This document shows, in pieces, positions 10,412 through 19,414 of a DNA stretch of 64,000 nt. Below the pieces are notes generated by a model, which saw only the letters and a program-made list of their open reading frames with translations, had not been told where the DNA came from and searched no databases. The DNA lies in contig PDIP01000014.1 in NCBI GenBank assembly GCA_002811645.1, positions 1 through 64,000 on the forward strand. The letters run 5' to 3'. The position numbers were made by a program, and so were the translations under genes. The DNA is from Corallochytrium limacisporum Hawaii. Taxonomy: Eukaryota > Protista > Pluriformea. How positions within the stretch are numbered: position 1 is the stretch's first letter; each line of letters begins with the position of its first letter.

Positions 10412-11452
10412 ATGGATGTCATCCTTAGTATAGTACGTTCTCGGTATGCGCGAGGACACATGATAAGGCCAATCGCAGCGTCCGTGGCAGAGGCCAGAAA
10501 ACAGGACGATAGGCTTGAGCAAGAGTTAAGAAATTGTAAGGCAAAGGAAACATTGGCTGAATTACTAATAAATCAATGCGTACTGTATCTTTCCAAAGAT
10601 GGAGCACCTCATCGCATCGTTGAGCTTGAGTTCTACTCCGGAGGATCCGAAGACCCCTTTGGACACAATCATCCGGAGCAAATCACAACAGCCTGTTGGT
10701 ATCTACACCGGGCTGGGACGAAAGTAGATGCCAAACACAAGAATGGGACTTACAGAGGCTGGGACATAACTTGGGGAGGAAATAGATTGCGTGCAGGAAT
10801 TCTGGTTAGGAGCATATTGAACTGTGCCACCATGAAGACAGTAGTGGGACCTTGCAAGGTGGCCTTGGCAATGGAGACCGCGAACAGCAAGACCAGTCCA
10901 ACTGATATGTACGAAGCCTTGCGTCAACGGCAACCAGAAGATCCTGAGGCTGGTTTGAGCATTCTTCAGACACGGCACAATGGCAGTGGCCCTACTTTGG
11001 TGTTCCATGGAGAGCGCATACGGCCGAAGTTTGACGTACACGCAACCCCTAGATATGGACTGACTATGAAGCGACACAATGGGACCAGAGCTGGCTGTGG
11101 AATCATTGTTCCATGGAGATTTGAAGCAATGAGCCAACCAGCTCAGAGTTCAACCATCCAAAGTAAGTATCGGGGTCATGCAGTTGCAGGACAGCTGTGG
11201 ACCGTCTTCGAAGAAGGCCAGACCCGAGTCTTCATGAAGAATCCTAAGTGGGGCATCAATGGCAAGCCTTTCAATGCACGCGAGAAGGCGCAGATCGGAA
11301 AGTGGCAACCATACATAAACCAATACGGACCACATCTCATGCGTGTTGGCTATGGGGATGAGACTGTGGATGGTGCTGCAAAGGATGATGAATCTCCGAA
11401 TCGCACAAAGCGACGACGGACTACGGATGAGAGATCGAAGCTGTCGTTGTAG
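10412..11452 (+). CDS. Divergent methylpurine (3-methyladenine) DNA glycosylase, MPG/AAG-like
   Basis: Ordered motifs RIVELEFY, DPFGH, GILVRSI, GPCKVALAM, ATPRYGL, PWRF parallel the MPG motifs RIVETEAY, DxAxH, AVLIRAL, GPGKLCQAL, TPRIGI, PWRF. Basic C-terminal KRRR NLS-like tract. Confidence 0.6.
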   Translation: MDVILSIVRSRYARGHMIRPIAASVAEARKQDDRLEQELRNCKAKETLAELLINQCVLYLSKDGAPHRIVELEFYSGGSEDPFGHNHPEQITTACWYLHRAGTKVDAKHKNGTYRGWDITWGGNRLRAGILVRSILNCATMKTVVGPCKVALAMETANSKTSPTDMYEALRQRQPEDPEAGLSILQTRHNGSGPTLVFHGERIRPKFDVHATPRYGLTMKRHNGTRAGCGIIVPWRFEAMSQPAQSSTIQSKYRGHAVAGQLWTVFEEGQTRVFMKNPKWGINGKPFNAREKAQIGKWQPYINQYGPHLMRVGYGDETVDGAAKDDESPNRTKRRRTTDERSKLSL

Positions 11453-11495
11453 ACTGGTGGAATAGAACTATAATAAAACCATCAACCCTTGCAGA

Positions 11496-12809
11496 CTACA
11501 AGAGTGAGTCGTCTGCAAGGCGGCTATCCTTACCAAGATAATCCTTCCAATACGCCTCCAATTGCTCATTGCGTTGCTTGACATGCTCATCCCAGGAATC
11601 GTCGTTCCGGCGCTGACGGAATTCCTTGTGCCAATCGACGTATTTATGCAGACCCGACCGTAGTGTAGTTCCCGGTGTGTAGCTCACCAACTGATAAGTC
11701 TTGGTAGTGTCAGCGTAGGTGATGGGCACATCACCAGGCTGGAAAGGCTTCCAATCGATCTCAGCCTTCTCTCCCAGTCGTTCCTCGATAAGAGAAATCA
11801 ATTCCGTCACCCGCTCGGGGTTGCCCTTACCCAAGTTGAACACTTCTTCTTCTGCACCAAGATCAAGAATGTACTCAATCCCTTGTACTATATCATCCAC
11901 GTAGGTAAAGTCACGCTGCAGTTTGCCACCTTCAAAGACCGGAATGGGCTTCTTGGACAGAATGTTTTCGGTGAACTTGTAGATTGCCATGTCCGGGCGC
12001 CCGAAAGGGCCATACACGGTGAAGAAACGCAATCCACTAACCTTCAGCTTGTAAATGTCATGATACACGTGTGCCATCAGCTCATTGCTACGCTTAGTGG
12101 CACCGTATAACGATGCTGGCTTATCAACCCGGTCAGAAGTAGAGAACGGAACTTTCTCGTTTGTTCCGTATACACTAGAACTGGATGCGTATGCAAGGAT
12201 AACATTCGGGAAGTGCATGCGCAACACTTCCAGGAGTGTCACGAAGCACGTTATATTGCTGCGAATGTATGCACCCGGATTCTCAAGCGAATACCGAACC
12301 CCTGCTTGAGCGGCAAGATGTGTAATGTGAGTAATTTTATGCTCATCGATCAACTCGATTAAAGCCTGAGCATCGCACACGTCCGCCCGAGCAAGCCGGA
12401 TTTCCGCCTTGTACAACTCAAAAGCTCGCTCCCGTTTAATTTCTTGGTCGTAGTAGTCATTAAAGTTATCAAGGCCGACTACATAGTCTCCCTGGCGTTT
12501 TAAACGAAGGGACAAATGCATGCCAATAAACCCGGCCGCACCGGTCACCAATACCCGTTTGTTTACCCGTTCCGGGGTCTCCGGTCTTGGAGCCTTCGAA
12601 GTATCTGACAGCAGCCAGAATAAAAACAATGTTGCCACTATGACAAGCATGAGTGTGCGGTACGTCCTCGAACGAATTGCCAAGTTGAAGGCAACTTGGC
12701 CGCGTTGTAGCAACCCTTCGTCACGTGTCTTTCCATTGCCATGAAATCTGGGCAGATCCATGGAATGATCCGAAGTAGAATTCTCTCGATCCCGTGGCTT
12801 CACAGTCAT
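11496..12809 (-). CDS. UDP-glucuronate 4-epimerase (extended SDR), type II membrane form
   Basis: One N-terminal TM (LMLVIVATLFLFWLL), VTGAAGFIG, HLAAQAGVRYS, YASSSSVYG, SLYGATKRSNE (YxxxK), GLRFFTVYGPFGRPDMA, RDFTYVDD. Confidence 0.9.
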   Translation of the reverse strand: MTVKPRDRENSTSDHSMDLPRFHGNGKTRDEGLLQRGQVAFNLAIRSRTYRTLMLVIVATLFLFWLLSDTSKAPRPETPERVNKRVLVTGAAGFIGMHLSLRLKRQGDYVVGLDNFNDYYDQEIKRERAFELYKAEIRLARADVCDAQALIELIDEHKITHITHLAAQAGVRYSLENPGAYIRSNITCFVTLLEVLRMHFPNVILAYASSSSVYGTNEKVPFSTSDRVDKPASLYGATKRSNELMAHVYHDIYKLKVSGLRFFTVYGPFGRPDMAIYKFTENILSKKPIPVFEGGKLQRDFTYVDDIVQGIEYILDLGAEEEVFNLGKGNPERVTELISLIEERLGEKAEIDWKPFQPGDVPITYADTTKTYQLVSYTPGTTLRSGLHKYVDWHKEFRQRRNDDSWDEHVKQRNEQLEAYWKDYLGKDSRLADDSLL

Positions 12810-14063
12810 ATTGTGTGTTCCTATTTGGAATGTGTTGGTTTGGGGTGATTTAACGCAAGTTTTACATTTCTATTTGAGGGCCTCTTGCGGTTTAAGAAAA
12901 GTCACGAATGCGCTAATGCTAGGAACTGCATAGCATCACCCTGTTTGTTGGAGGAAATACCTGCATTCCCTTCACGAGGTCATTGTACTGCAGAAATTTC
13001 CTTCACGTGACCTCAGGGGGTTGTTGAATTCTACACAATGCCTAATGCGCCCCGAAGCGTTTCCCCGAAAGTGCCGTCTCACACTGGCTTGTGCATCGGG
13101 GATTTGGTTGTGTCTCCGTAATTGTGAACCGCTGCGATCAGCACGGCATCTCGGGACTCACCCCCTCCCGGGACCCTCATACACTATACGATGGGTTTGA
13201 ACGTATCTCTATGAATCCTACTTGGCTGGCAAAACTGGTACACTTTGCCACGACGCGCTGCGACGTTTCCTTGGGCGAAAATTGCCTGACCCCCCCTGGG
13301 GAGGAGGGAAGGGGCCCCCCCGGGGGGGGGGGCCGGCCCACTGGCCTTGGGGAAACCAGGAGTCATACTCGATGTGCTGAGAATCGATAATTCTGCCAGT
13401 TCAAAATGTGCAGAGAAACCCGTATATAAAAAATATACCTTCAGTAGGGAAACTTGGTGATCCCGGACTGTGCCAGCGAATGAGTGCGCTGGGTCAGCCC
13501 CACAACCTGCCCCCTGCCCCCTCTTGTGGCGTAAAATTGGACCCCTTTTTGAATACAGGTGAATCAATTACAATCCCTATGACCCGCCTTTGCACAAACT
13601 CGACTGAAAGTGCTCGTTGTCCAAAAAAACTCTGCGCAATATTTGCCGGCCACTGACAGGTTTCTCGCGTTGGACGGATCGCACACAAAGTAAACATATA
13701 AAGAGTTTCTGTCATTTTCGACTTTTTTTCCTTGGCACGAAGATCGCGTTCACTTCAACAGTTAACCACCACTTGCATTTGTAGAAGTGGAAAAACTGGG
13801 CACCAGAAAAGGTAGCCACGGGTGGGGACGTGAGCACGCACGGCTCAAAGCGAGTGACGGGGGTCGCAAGGCTAAGGATAATAATGGGTAACCTTCACTG
13901 CCAATATTGGGCGTTCTAGGTTGTGCACGCAATCTTTGGGGTCGCCATGAGCAAAATCATCCTGAGTTTATGTCACACTGTGATATTTAAAAGTTCGACG
14001 TCAATATTCGAATGTCATTCACAGGATCGCGTGAAGCGGGAAAGAACAGCTGTCATTTCCAAA

Positions 14064-15440
14064 ATGCCAGAAGACACGAAAAGAGACTCTGCAATGGGAG
14101 AGAAGGTTCCCTCAGAACTAGAGGAAGCGCGCCAGCACGAAGAGGCCTCCATGGAACGTCGCCGCCGATCCAGTCTCGAAGCAGAAGCGTATGAGGCATA
14201 CCTCGAAGCCCGTGTTGAGGCTTCTCTATTGGCAGCCGCTGAGGCTGCAGAGAAGATCGACGAAGGCGGTACGGAGGCAACCACTCTCGCTGCTGCATAT
14301 GTTATGTCTCTAGCCAACTTGCTGAAGTCTTCTGGACACTTGGGTATTGCAATTGGGCCGTCTCTCACGGTGGCAGCTGCAACCCTCCGAAAGGAAGCGC
14401 TTCTGAAGACCACCGCCGCTGGTCTCCGGACTGCAGCTGACATTATCTCCAACCAGACCTTTATGAATGGCCTTGCAGTGACTTTGGACACTTCAGCCGA
14501 TACTCTTGGCAATGAGGCCATTGTAAATGCACTGCGTAGCACGGCAGACACGGCGGGCACAATCATGGAGTCGGAGCTGGTCCGGCGTCAGATAGTCCGG
14601 GCAAGCCTCATGGCGGAACAGCTGATTAATGATCCAAATCTTCAGGAGCAGGGCGTGAAGCTGTTGAAGCAGATCGAGGCCATCGCTAATGATGATGATG
14701 TGCAAGAAACTTTGGATTCTGCCCTCACCCTTGCCCAAGACGCTCTGGACAACGAAACACTTAGGACCGCTGGCGCGGCCGCTGTGAGCTATGCCAGTTC
14801 GTTCATTGAAAGCACTCTTGTGCAAAGCTCAGCAGGCGGTGTGCGGTACGTTGTAAATGCATCTGCACCCGCAATTCATAGTCTCTTGACTTCCTCTCCA
14901 GTTCGCACCGTCGCGAATATGACCGGAAGCACTGTATCAGCGATTGCACAGAGCGCTATGGTCCAGGAGGCTGTGGAGTACGGCATGGATACCACAGGTG
15001 CGGTTCTAACTTCACAACCAATGATCACAGCCGCACAGTATAGTTGGGGTGCAGCATTGGGGATGGCCAATGTCGCGGCCAATATTGCAGGTGCAGCTAC
15101 ACGCTATGCTTTCCCAGACAAAACGATTGAGGAGCTGGAGCATGAATTCCAGATATTGGAGAAGGAGACAGACGCGCAGCTGGAGCAGCTTCAGCTTGTC
15201 GAGGTCGAATTGTTTCGTCAAGAAGAGGAAGCACGCGCCGCTGCCAGAGCTGCACTTTCGAGATTACAGGAATGCCGTCGCACGCAAAAGAATGCCATTG
15301 TCCAGCTGAATCGCAAGAAGCGTCAGCTGCTCAAACGCAAGGCTGAAGAACAAGGCATTCCCTTCATGCACGAAGATGTCGACTATTACGATCCCGAGAG
15401 TGGTATGAGAAGGGAGTCGCCTGATCAAAAGGGTGATTAA
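14064..15440 (+). CDS. Hypothetical protein with tandem 20-aa helical repeats and a C-terminal coiled coil
   Basis: Long open frame (13923-15440); likely start aaaATG at 14064, although ATG 13947 is possible. Ala-rich periodic core and E/Q/K/R-rich coiled-coil tail. No family recognised. Confidence 0.8.
   Translation: MPEDTKRDSAMGEKVPSELEEARQHEEASMERRRRSSLEAEAYEAYLEARVEASLLAAAEAAEKIDEGGTEATTLAAAYVMSLANLLKSSGHLGIAIGPSLTVAAATLRKEALLKTTAAGLRTAADIISNQTFMNGLAVTLDTSADTLGNEAIVNALRSTADTAGTIMESELVRRQIVRASLMAEQLINDPNLQEQGVKLLKQIEAIANDDDVQETLDSALTLAQDALDNETLRTAGAAAVSYASSFIESTLVQSSAGGVRYVVNASAPAIHSLLTSSPVRTVANMTGSTVSAIAQSAMVQEAVEYGMDTTGAVLTSQPMITAAQYSWGAALGMANVAANIAGAATRYAFPDKTIEELEHEFQILEKETDAQLEQLQLVEVELFRQEEEARAAARAALSRLQECRRTQKNAIVQLNRKKRQLLKRKAEEQGIPFMHEDVDYYDPESGMRRESPDQKGD
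14373..15053 (+). repeat. Protein-level tandem repeat, 11 x 20 aa with one 7-aa insertion
   Basis: AAATLRKEALLKTTAAGLRT / AADIISNQTFMNGLAVTLDT / SADTLGNEAIVNALRSTADT / AGTIMESELVRRQIVRASLM / AEQLINDPNLQEQGVKLLKQ / IEAIANDDDVQETLDSALTL / AQDALDNETLRTAGAAAVSY / ASSFIESTLVQSSAGGVRYV / (VNASAPA) / IHSLLTSSPVRTVANMTGST / VSAIAQSAMVQEAVEYGMDT / TGAVLTSQPMITAAQYSWGA. Confidence 0.75.
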
Positions 15441-15713
15441 ATGGTTTAGTGCTTCTACCATATGGAAGGAATTGCATACCTGTAATTGTGCATCAGTACC
15501 TGTCGACTGCTATTGACCCCCTGGAGTTTCCTTCGGGTCCCATGGTTTCCTTTGACATTACATTGGAATTCTAACTTTAGAACGAGTACTTGGTACTGGT
15601 ATGGAACCACAGCTTAACTTAGAAGGTGGTCAAATTCGAGGAACATACAGAATACAGATATGTGTATAAAACCTTCTTTAACAAACCTATATTAAGAGCG
15701 CATAGCAGTAGCA

Positions 15714-16535
15714 TTACAGGTGGTCAGCTACATAGCCAAAGACAGCGAGGCCACAAGTAACACGAAGACCAAACATGAAACCCCTCATAACGTTTTGCAG
15801 TGTCATAGGGATTTCCGGGAGGGCTGCATGTCTGATGGTGAATGTATCAACATCGGTGCACGCACGGATTCTGGCTTGATCCGCCAAGACTGTGAATGGG
15901 TACGCGGCGCACCAGCCTAAACATGCCAGAGGGTATGCAATGACAACCTGTTGCTTCGTAATAGAAGTTGAGTGATTGCTGTTGGCTGCTGCCATACGCC
16001 TGATCAACCAAGTGGTTGCACCCATGCACACTGCTGACTGCAATCCTGCGGTCAGTGAGACCGCTGCCTTCATCTGTTTTGTCCTTATAACCACACCAAC
16101 TGCATCCCCTATGAACCCGGCAGCAGCAGCCCTTTGGACACAGACCGCGTCTTCATCTCGACTACCAGTGTCTCTCAGACTAAGAGCAAGGCCCCCCATT
16201 ATGATACCATTGCCCATACCCCGCACCATGACAACACGAGCCTGGCGGTACAAGAAATATGCAGAGTCTCGTACAGTACTTTCCTTTACGTTCCAAGATC
16301 CATAGGTTGAGAGTCTCCCGAGCGCAACGAAAGGAGACAAAATGGAGCTTTTTAAACTGTGAGGCTGTGTGATGAAAATGACTTCGGGCAAAAGTCTGTC
16401 AAGGGCAGTAACCGCGAGGCCGGCCGCATATGCAGAATACACGGTTCGGTGGTGATCTACCACCGCCTTATCTGCATGGCCATGCTGCATATTGTGTACC
16501 GCATTTTCATCACATCCGTACAATTGCATTCGCAT
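15714..16535 (-). CDS. Highly divergent mitochondrial carrier (SLC25)-like membrane protein
   Basis: 273 aa with about six small-residue-rich hydrophobic segments in three repeats. Eroded signatures TALDRLL, AVGVVIRTKQ, YPFTVLADQARI, and FLYRQ..VRG / VMRGF resembling the carrier LYRG segments. Confidence 0.5.
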   Translation of the reverse strand: MRMQLYGCDENAVHNMQHGHADKAVVDHHRTVYSAYAAGLAVTALDRLLPEVIFITQPHSLKSSILSPFVALGRLSTYGSWNVKESTVRDSAYFLYRQARVVMVRGMGNGIIMGGLALSLRDTGSRDEDAVCVQRAAAAGFIGDAVGVVIRTKQMKAAVSLTAGLQSAVCMGATTWLIRRMAAANSNHSTSITKQQVVIAYPLACLGWCAAYPFTVLADQARIRACTDVDTFTIRHAALPEIPMTLQNVMRGFMFGLRVTCGLAVFGYVADHL

Positions 16536-17008
16536 CCATGAGGTTTGCGAACTGTCGGAAGTACCTCACGTCCGTAAGCCATCCTGGAGACGGCGCCGAA
16601 TCTACCCCTTTCCATTGACGTCTATCTCGCCAGTGCATTTACATCAATATTATTGATATATACGGTTCGTTAGGATCTCAAAAGGCCTTAGCCCCGCGCT
16701 TCATATACCACAACAGCAAACCATTACAGCATGTATTTTTATTCACTGATTTGGATAGTTTTTCGCCTACCCGGGGGTGCGGGGGGCCCTTACTGCCACA
16801 TGTGAGGCAACTCAATGACCCCTCGCCAGAAGCGCGCAAGGAACAATCGGCCAAAAACATCAGCAACACCGCATGAAGTTACGACTTTATGGTTGCCATT
16901 ACTAGAATTGCTATTTTAAATCGTGTGTGGGAGATTGCCATAATTGTGAACGAGGAAGAAACATGAAACTTTGCATACTCAGGACTGTTCAACGGGACAA
17001 GTGCAGAC

Positions 17009-17323
17009 ATGCTTTTCTTTTCGTTTTTCCGAACTCTGGTGGACAAACCAGTTACAGTAGAACTAAAGAATGACTTGCAAATCCGGGGTCGGCTACAGAG
17101 CGTCGATCAGTTTCTTAATATTAAACTGAATGACATTGAGGTGGAAGCTTTGGAAAAGTATCCGCACTTGCTCGCTGTGGAAAAAATCTTTATTCGCGGT
17201 AGCGTTGTGCGCTACATCTTTATGCGACCTGAAGATGTAGATACGCAGGTCCTGCAGGACGCAACACGTCGGGAAGCTTTGAATGCAAAGAACGCAGGTG
17301 AAAAGGCTCTTAAAAGTGCCTGA
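17009..17323 (+). CDS. LSM2: U6 snRNA-associated Sm-like protein LSm2
   Basis: MLFFSFFRTLVDKPVTVELKND...LQSVDQFLNIKL...FIRGSVVRYI...LQDATRRE. Confidence 0.97.
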   Translation: MLFFSFFRTLVDKPVTVELKNDLQIRGRLQSVDQFLNIKLNDIEVEALEKYPHLLAVEKIFIRGSVVRYIFMRPEDVDTQVLQDATRREALNAKNAGEKALKSA

Positions 17324-17467
17324 CTCCATTTGAAAGGATCATGGCAATAAAGAAATAGAAGTAGTACTAAAGACAAAGGAGTTTGTATTCCTAAGATCCG
17401 ACAAAATGAACACTCAGAATGGGCAAGACACGCTTCTTTTGTTTTCTTACATCCGAGAAGCACACCG

Positions 17468-19414
17468 TCAAAGTATTGTGCATGCACAACGATGTCGGAT
17501 ATCAAAATCATACAAATCCGGATCATCGAGGTTCGGAGGAGTATCAAAATCGTCAGCCATTGCGCTCGGTGTACGCGGCCGTCCAGCGGTGCTCACGATC
17601 ACTCGACTCATTGCACTAGTGCCAGTGGTTCCCAGTGAGTACAGGGAAATGACACGGATTGCCTTTCCACGACGATTGCATGTTTGAATCAGTCTCCGAA
17701 CTGCCTTCTCAGACAACTGGCGACAATCGTAGATTTCCACATGGCGAAGAAGCGGAAGTCGGCTTAAGGAAGTTAACGACGTGTCCGTGATGGATCCGCA
17801 GTTGTCCATCTGGAGAAAGGCAAGGAATGGACAGCTGTTTGACAATGTCTGGATGGCCTCATCAGTAATATTGTCACAGAACGAGAGCACAAGACTCTCC
17901 AATCTGTGACAACGGCGCGCAATACTCATCAATGCTTCGTCAGTAATGGCACCATTGTCTTCAAGGTCCAAACGGACGAGCTGTGAGCAACCTGTAGTGA
18001 GGGCGTCGTAGCCCCTATCTCCGAAGCGGCTGCATCCGGCCGCTTCGACAACCTTAAGCTTTGGACACCATTGACCTAGCGATTCCAAAGCATTGTCTGT
18101 AAGCTGCGCGCAGTCGCTGATGCAAATCCCAAGAAGTGCAGGGTTGTGACGGGCAAGCTTTCTAATGCCCGCATCGGTTACCTTGCGGCAACCCTGGATG
18201 TCAATTATGCGCAGGGAGGTGCCGGCCTTACCAAGTGCCCTTAATCCGCCGTCAGCAACGTTCTTACAATGCCGAATAAACAGACACTTTAGTTTGGGCA
18301 GCATTGTGGCGAGGTCGACAATGCCAGTGTTTGTGATCTTTGAGCACATAGAAAGGTCAAGCCGTGCAAGCTGTTTACAACGACTTCCAAGCATAAAGAG
18401 CGCATCATCAGTCACCTGTACACAATTTGTAAGATTGAGATCTTCGAGGAGCCTGCAGCCGCTGCTAATGACGTCGATGGTCGCATTCTCAACTGAGCGA
18501 CAATTGGCTAGGCTGAGATGTTTCAATAGAGAGCAATGTCTACCAACTGCAGACATGGCCATACTGTCTACATTTGTGCATCCAGCGAGCGATAGGGTTC
18601 TCAAATAGATGTGGGACCGGGCTGTGAGCTGACGGACAACGGTGTCGTCGATACGTGACTGGTGCTCAAAGAGATCCAATACTGTCCAAAGTGCTCCGTC
18701 GTATACAAGCTCGCGCCAATCTTTGCACACTCTCGCACATTCCTTTAGGTCCTGACGGTCCAGATGTTTCATGATTGCGCTGAAAGTCTCCCTCGGCAAA
18801 ATTCGATGAATTGGTTGCAGAGTATCCACATCCATGGTGTCTTCAGTGTCGAAGGAAGCATCAATACAGTGCGCCGTGTCGCTGGCTGCACTGCACGAGT
18901 TCAATCGTTTACGCCCAGAACTGGAGCTCTGGTCCCATTCGCTGGCACTCAGGAATTCTTCCTCTTCTTCGTCCGGAGATAGTTGCAAGAGAGACTCAGG
19001 GAAGAGTCTGCGTGCACTGCGCTCAAGGTCAACGTCATGTCGTTTACCTTGTCTAGAGGGTGGCTGCGAAACTGAAGCAATACGGTATGCAGAGCTGGAG
19101 CCAATGCGGAAAGTGGTCTCATCGCCGGTGCTATGAGATCCGAATGGGAACTCAGCACCCTCACCTGACATTGTAGAACGGGGCGAAAAGCACGACGAAA
19201 AGGTGTTCTCGGACTCCCTTGGGGACATGACCGAGACGTCACTTTCATCAGTGCTGCTCACTGTTGCGCGGCGTTTCCCCTTTCGCATTCGTCTGGCCTC
19301 AGACGATACTCCAGACTCTGTGCGGCTAAGACTAGGCCCTTGTATGAACGCCCAGTCACTGTTGTCGTTGACTGGCGCCGGCACGGGCGCACTCGTCTTG
19401 AGTTTCGCTGACAT
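17468..19414 (-). CDS. FBXL2: F-box/LRR protein of the FBXL2/FBXL20 type
   Basis: Ser-rich N-terminal ~200 aa, F-box (LPRETFSAIMKHLDRQDLKECARVCKDW..LVYDGALW), a run of 26-aa Cys-containing LRRs, C-terminal CAAX (CTIL). First ATG at 19414. FBXL2 versus FBXL20 is not resolvable. Confidence 0.85.
   Translation of the reverse strand: MSAKLKTSAPVPAPVNDNSDWAFIQGPSLSRTESGVSSEARRMRKGKRRATVSSTDESDVSVMSPRESENTFSSCFSPRSTMSGEGAEFPFGSHSTGDETTFRIGSSSAYRIASVSQPPSRQGKRHDVDLERSARRLFPESLLQLSPDEEEEEFLSASEWDQSSSSGRKRLNSCSAASDTAHCIDASFDTEDTMDVDTLQPIHRILPRETFSAIMKHLDRQDLKECARVCKDWRELVYDGALWTVLDLFEHQSRIDDTVVRQLTARSHIYLRTLSLAGCTNVDSMAMSAVGRHCSLLKHLSLANCRSVENATIDVISSGCRLLEDLNLTNCVQVTDDALFMLGSRCKQLARLDLSMCSKITNTGIVDLATMLPKLKCLFIRHCKNVADGGLRALGKAGTSLRIIDIQGCRKVTDAGIRKLARHNPALLGICISDCAQLTDNALESLGQWCPKLKVVEAAGCSRFGDRGYDALTTGCSQLVRLDLEDNGAITDEALMSIARRCHRLESLVLSFCDNITDEAIQTLSNSCPFLAFLQMDNCGSITDTSLTSLSRLPLLRHVEIYDCRQLSEKAVRRLIQTCNRRGKAIRVISLYSLGTTGTSAMSRVIVSTAGRPRTPSAMADDFDTPPNLDDPDLYDFDIRHRCACTIL

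Noticed and set aside
13002-13012. E-box TCACGTGAC, plus CGTCACGTTTG at about 55551 and 60226 and CACTTCCGG near 46123
   Set aside because: Short motifs at roughly chance frequency; not supportable without genome-wide enrichment.
13290-13620. G/C homopolymer runs as G-quadruplex or palindrome candidates (similar tracts near 21040-21540, 46660-46950, 48630-48790, 55250-55320 and 61310-61650)
   Set aside because: Homopolymer-inflated texture, in one case flanking an N gap, suggests low-quality or gap-filled consensus; raw reads are needed before any biological claim.
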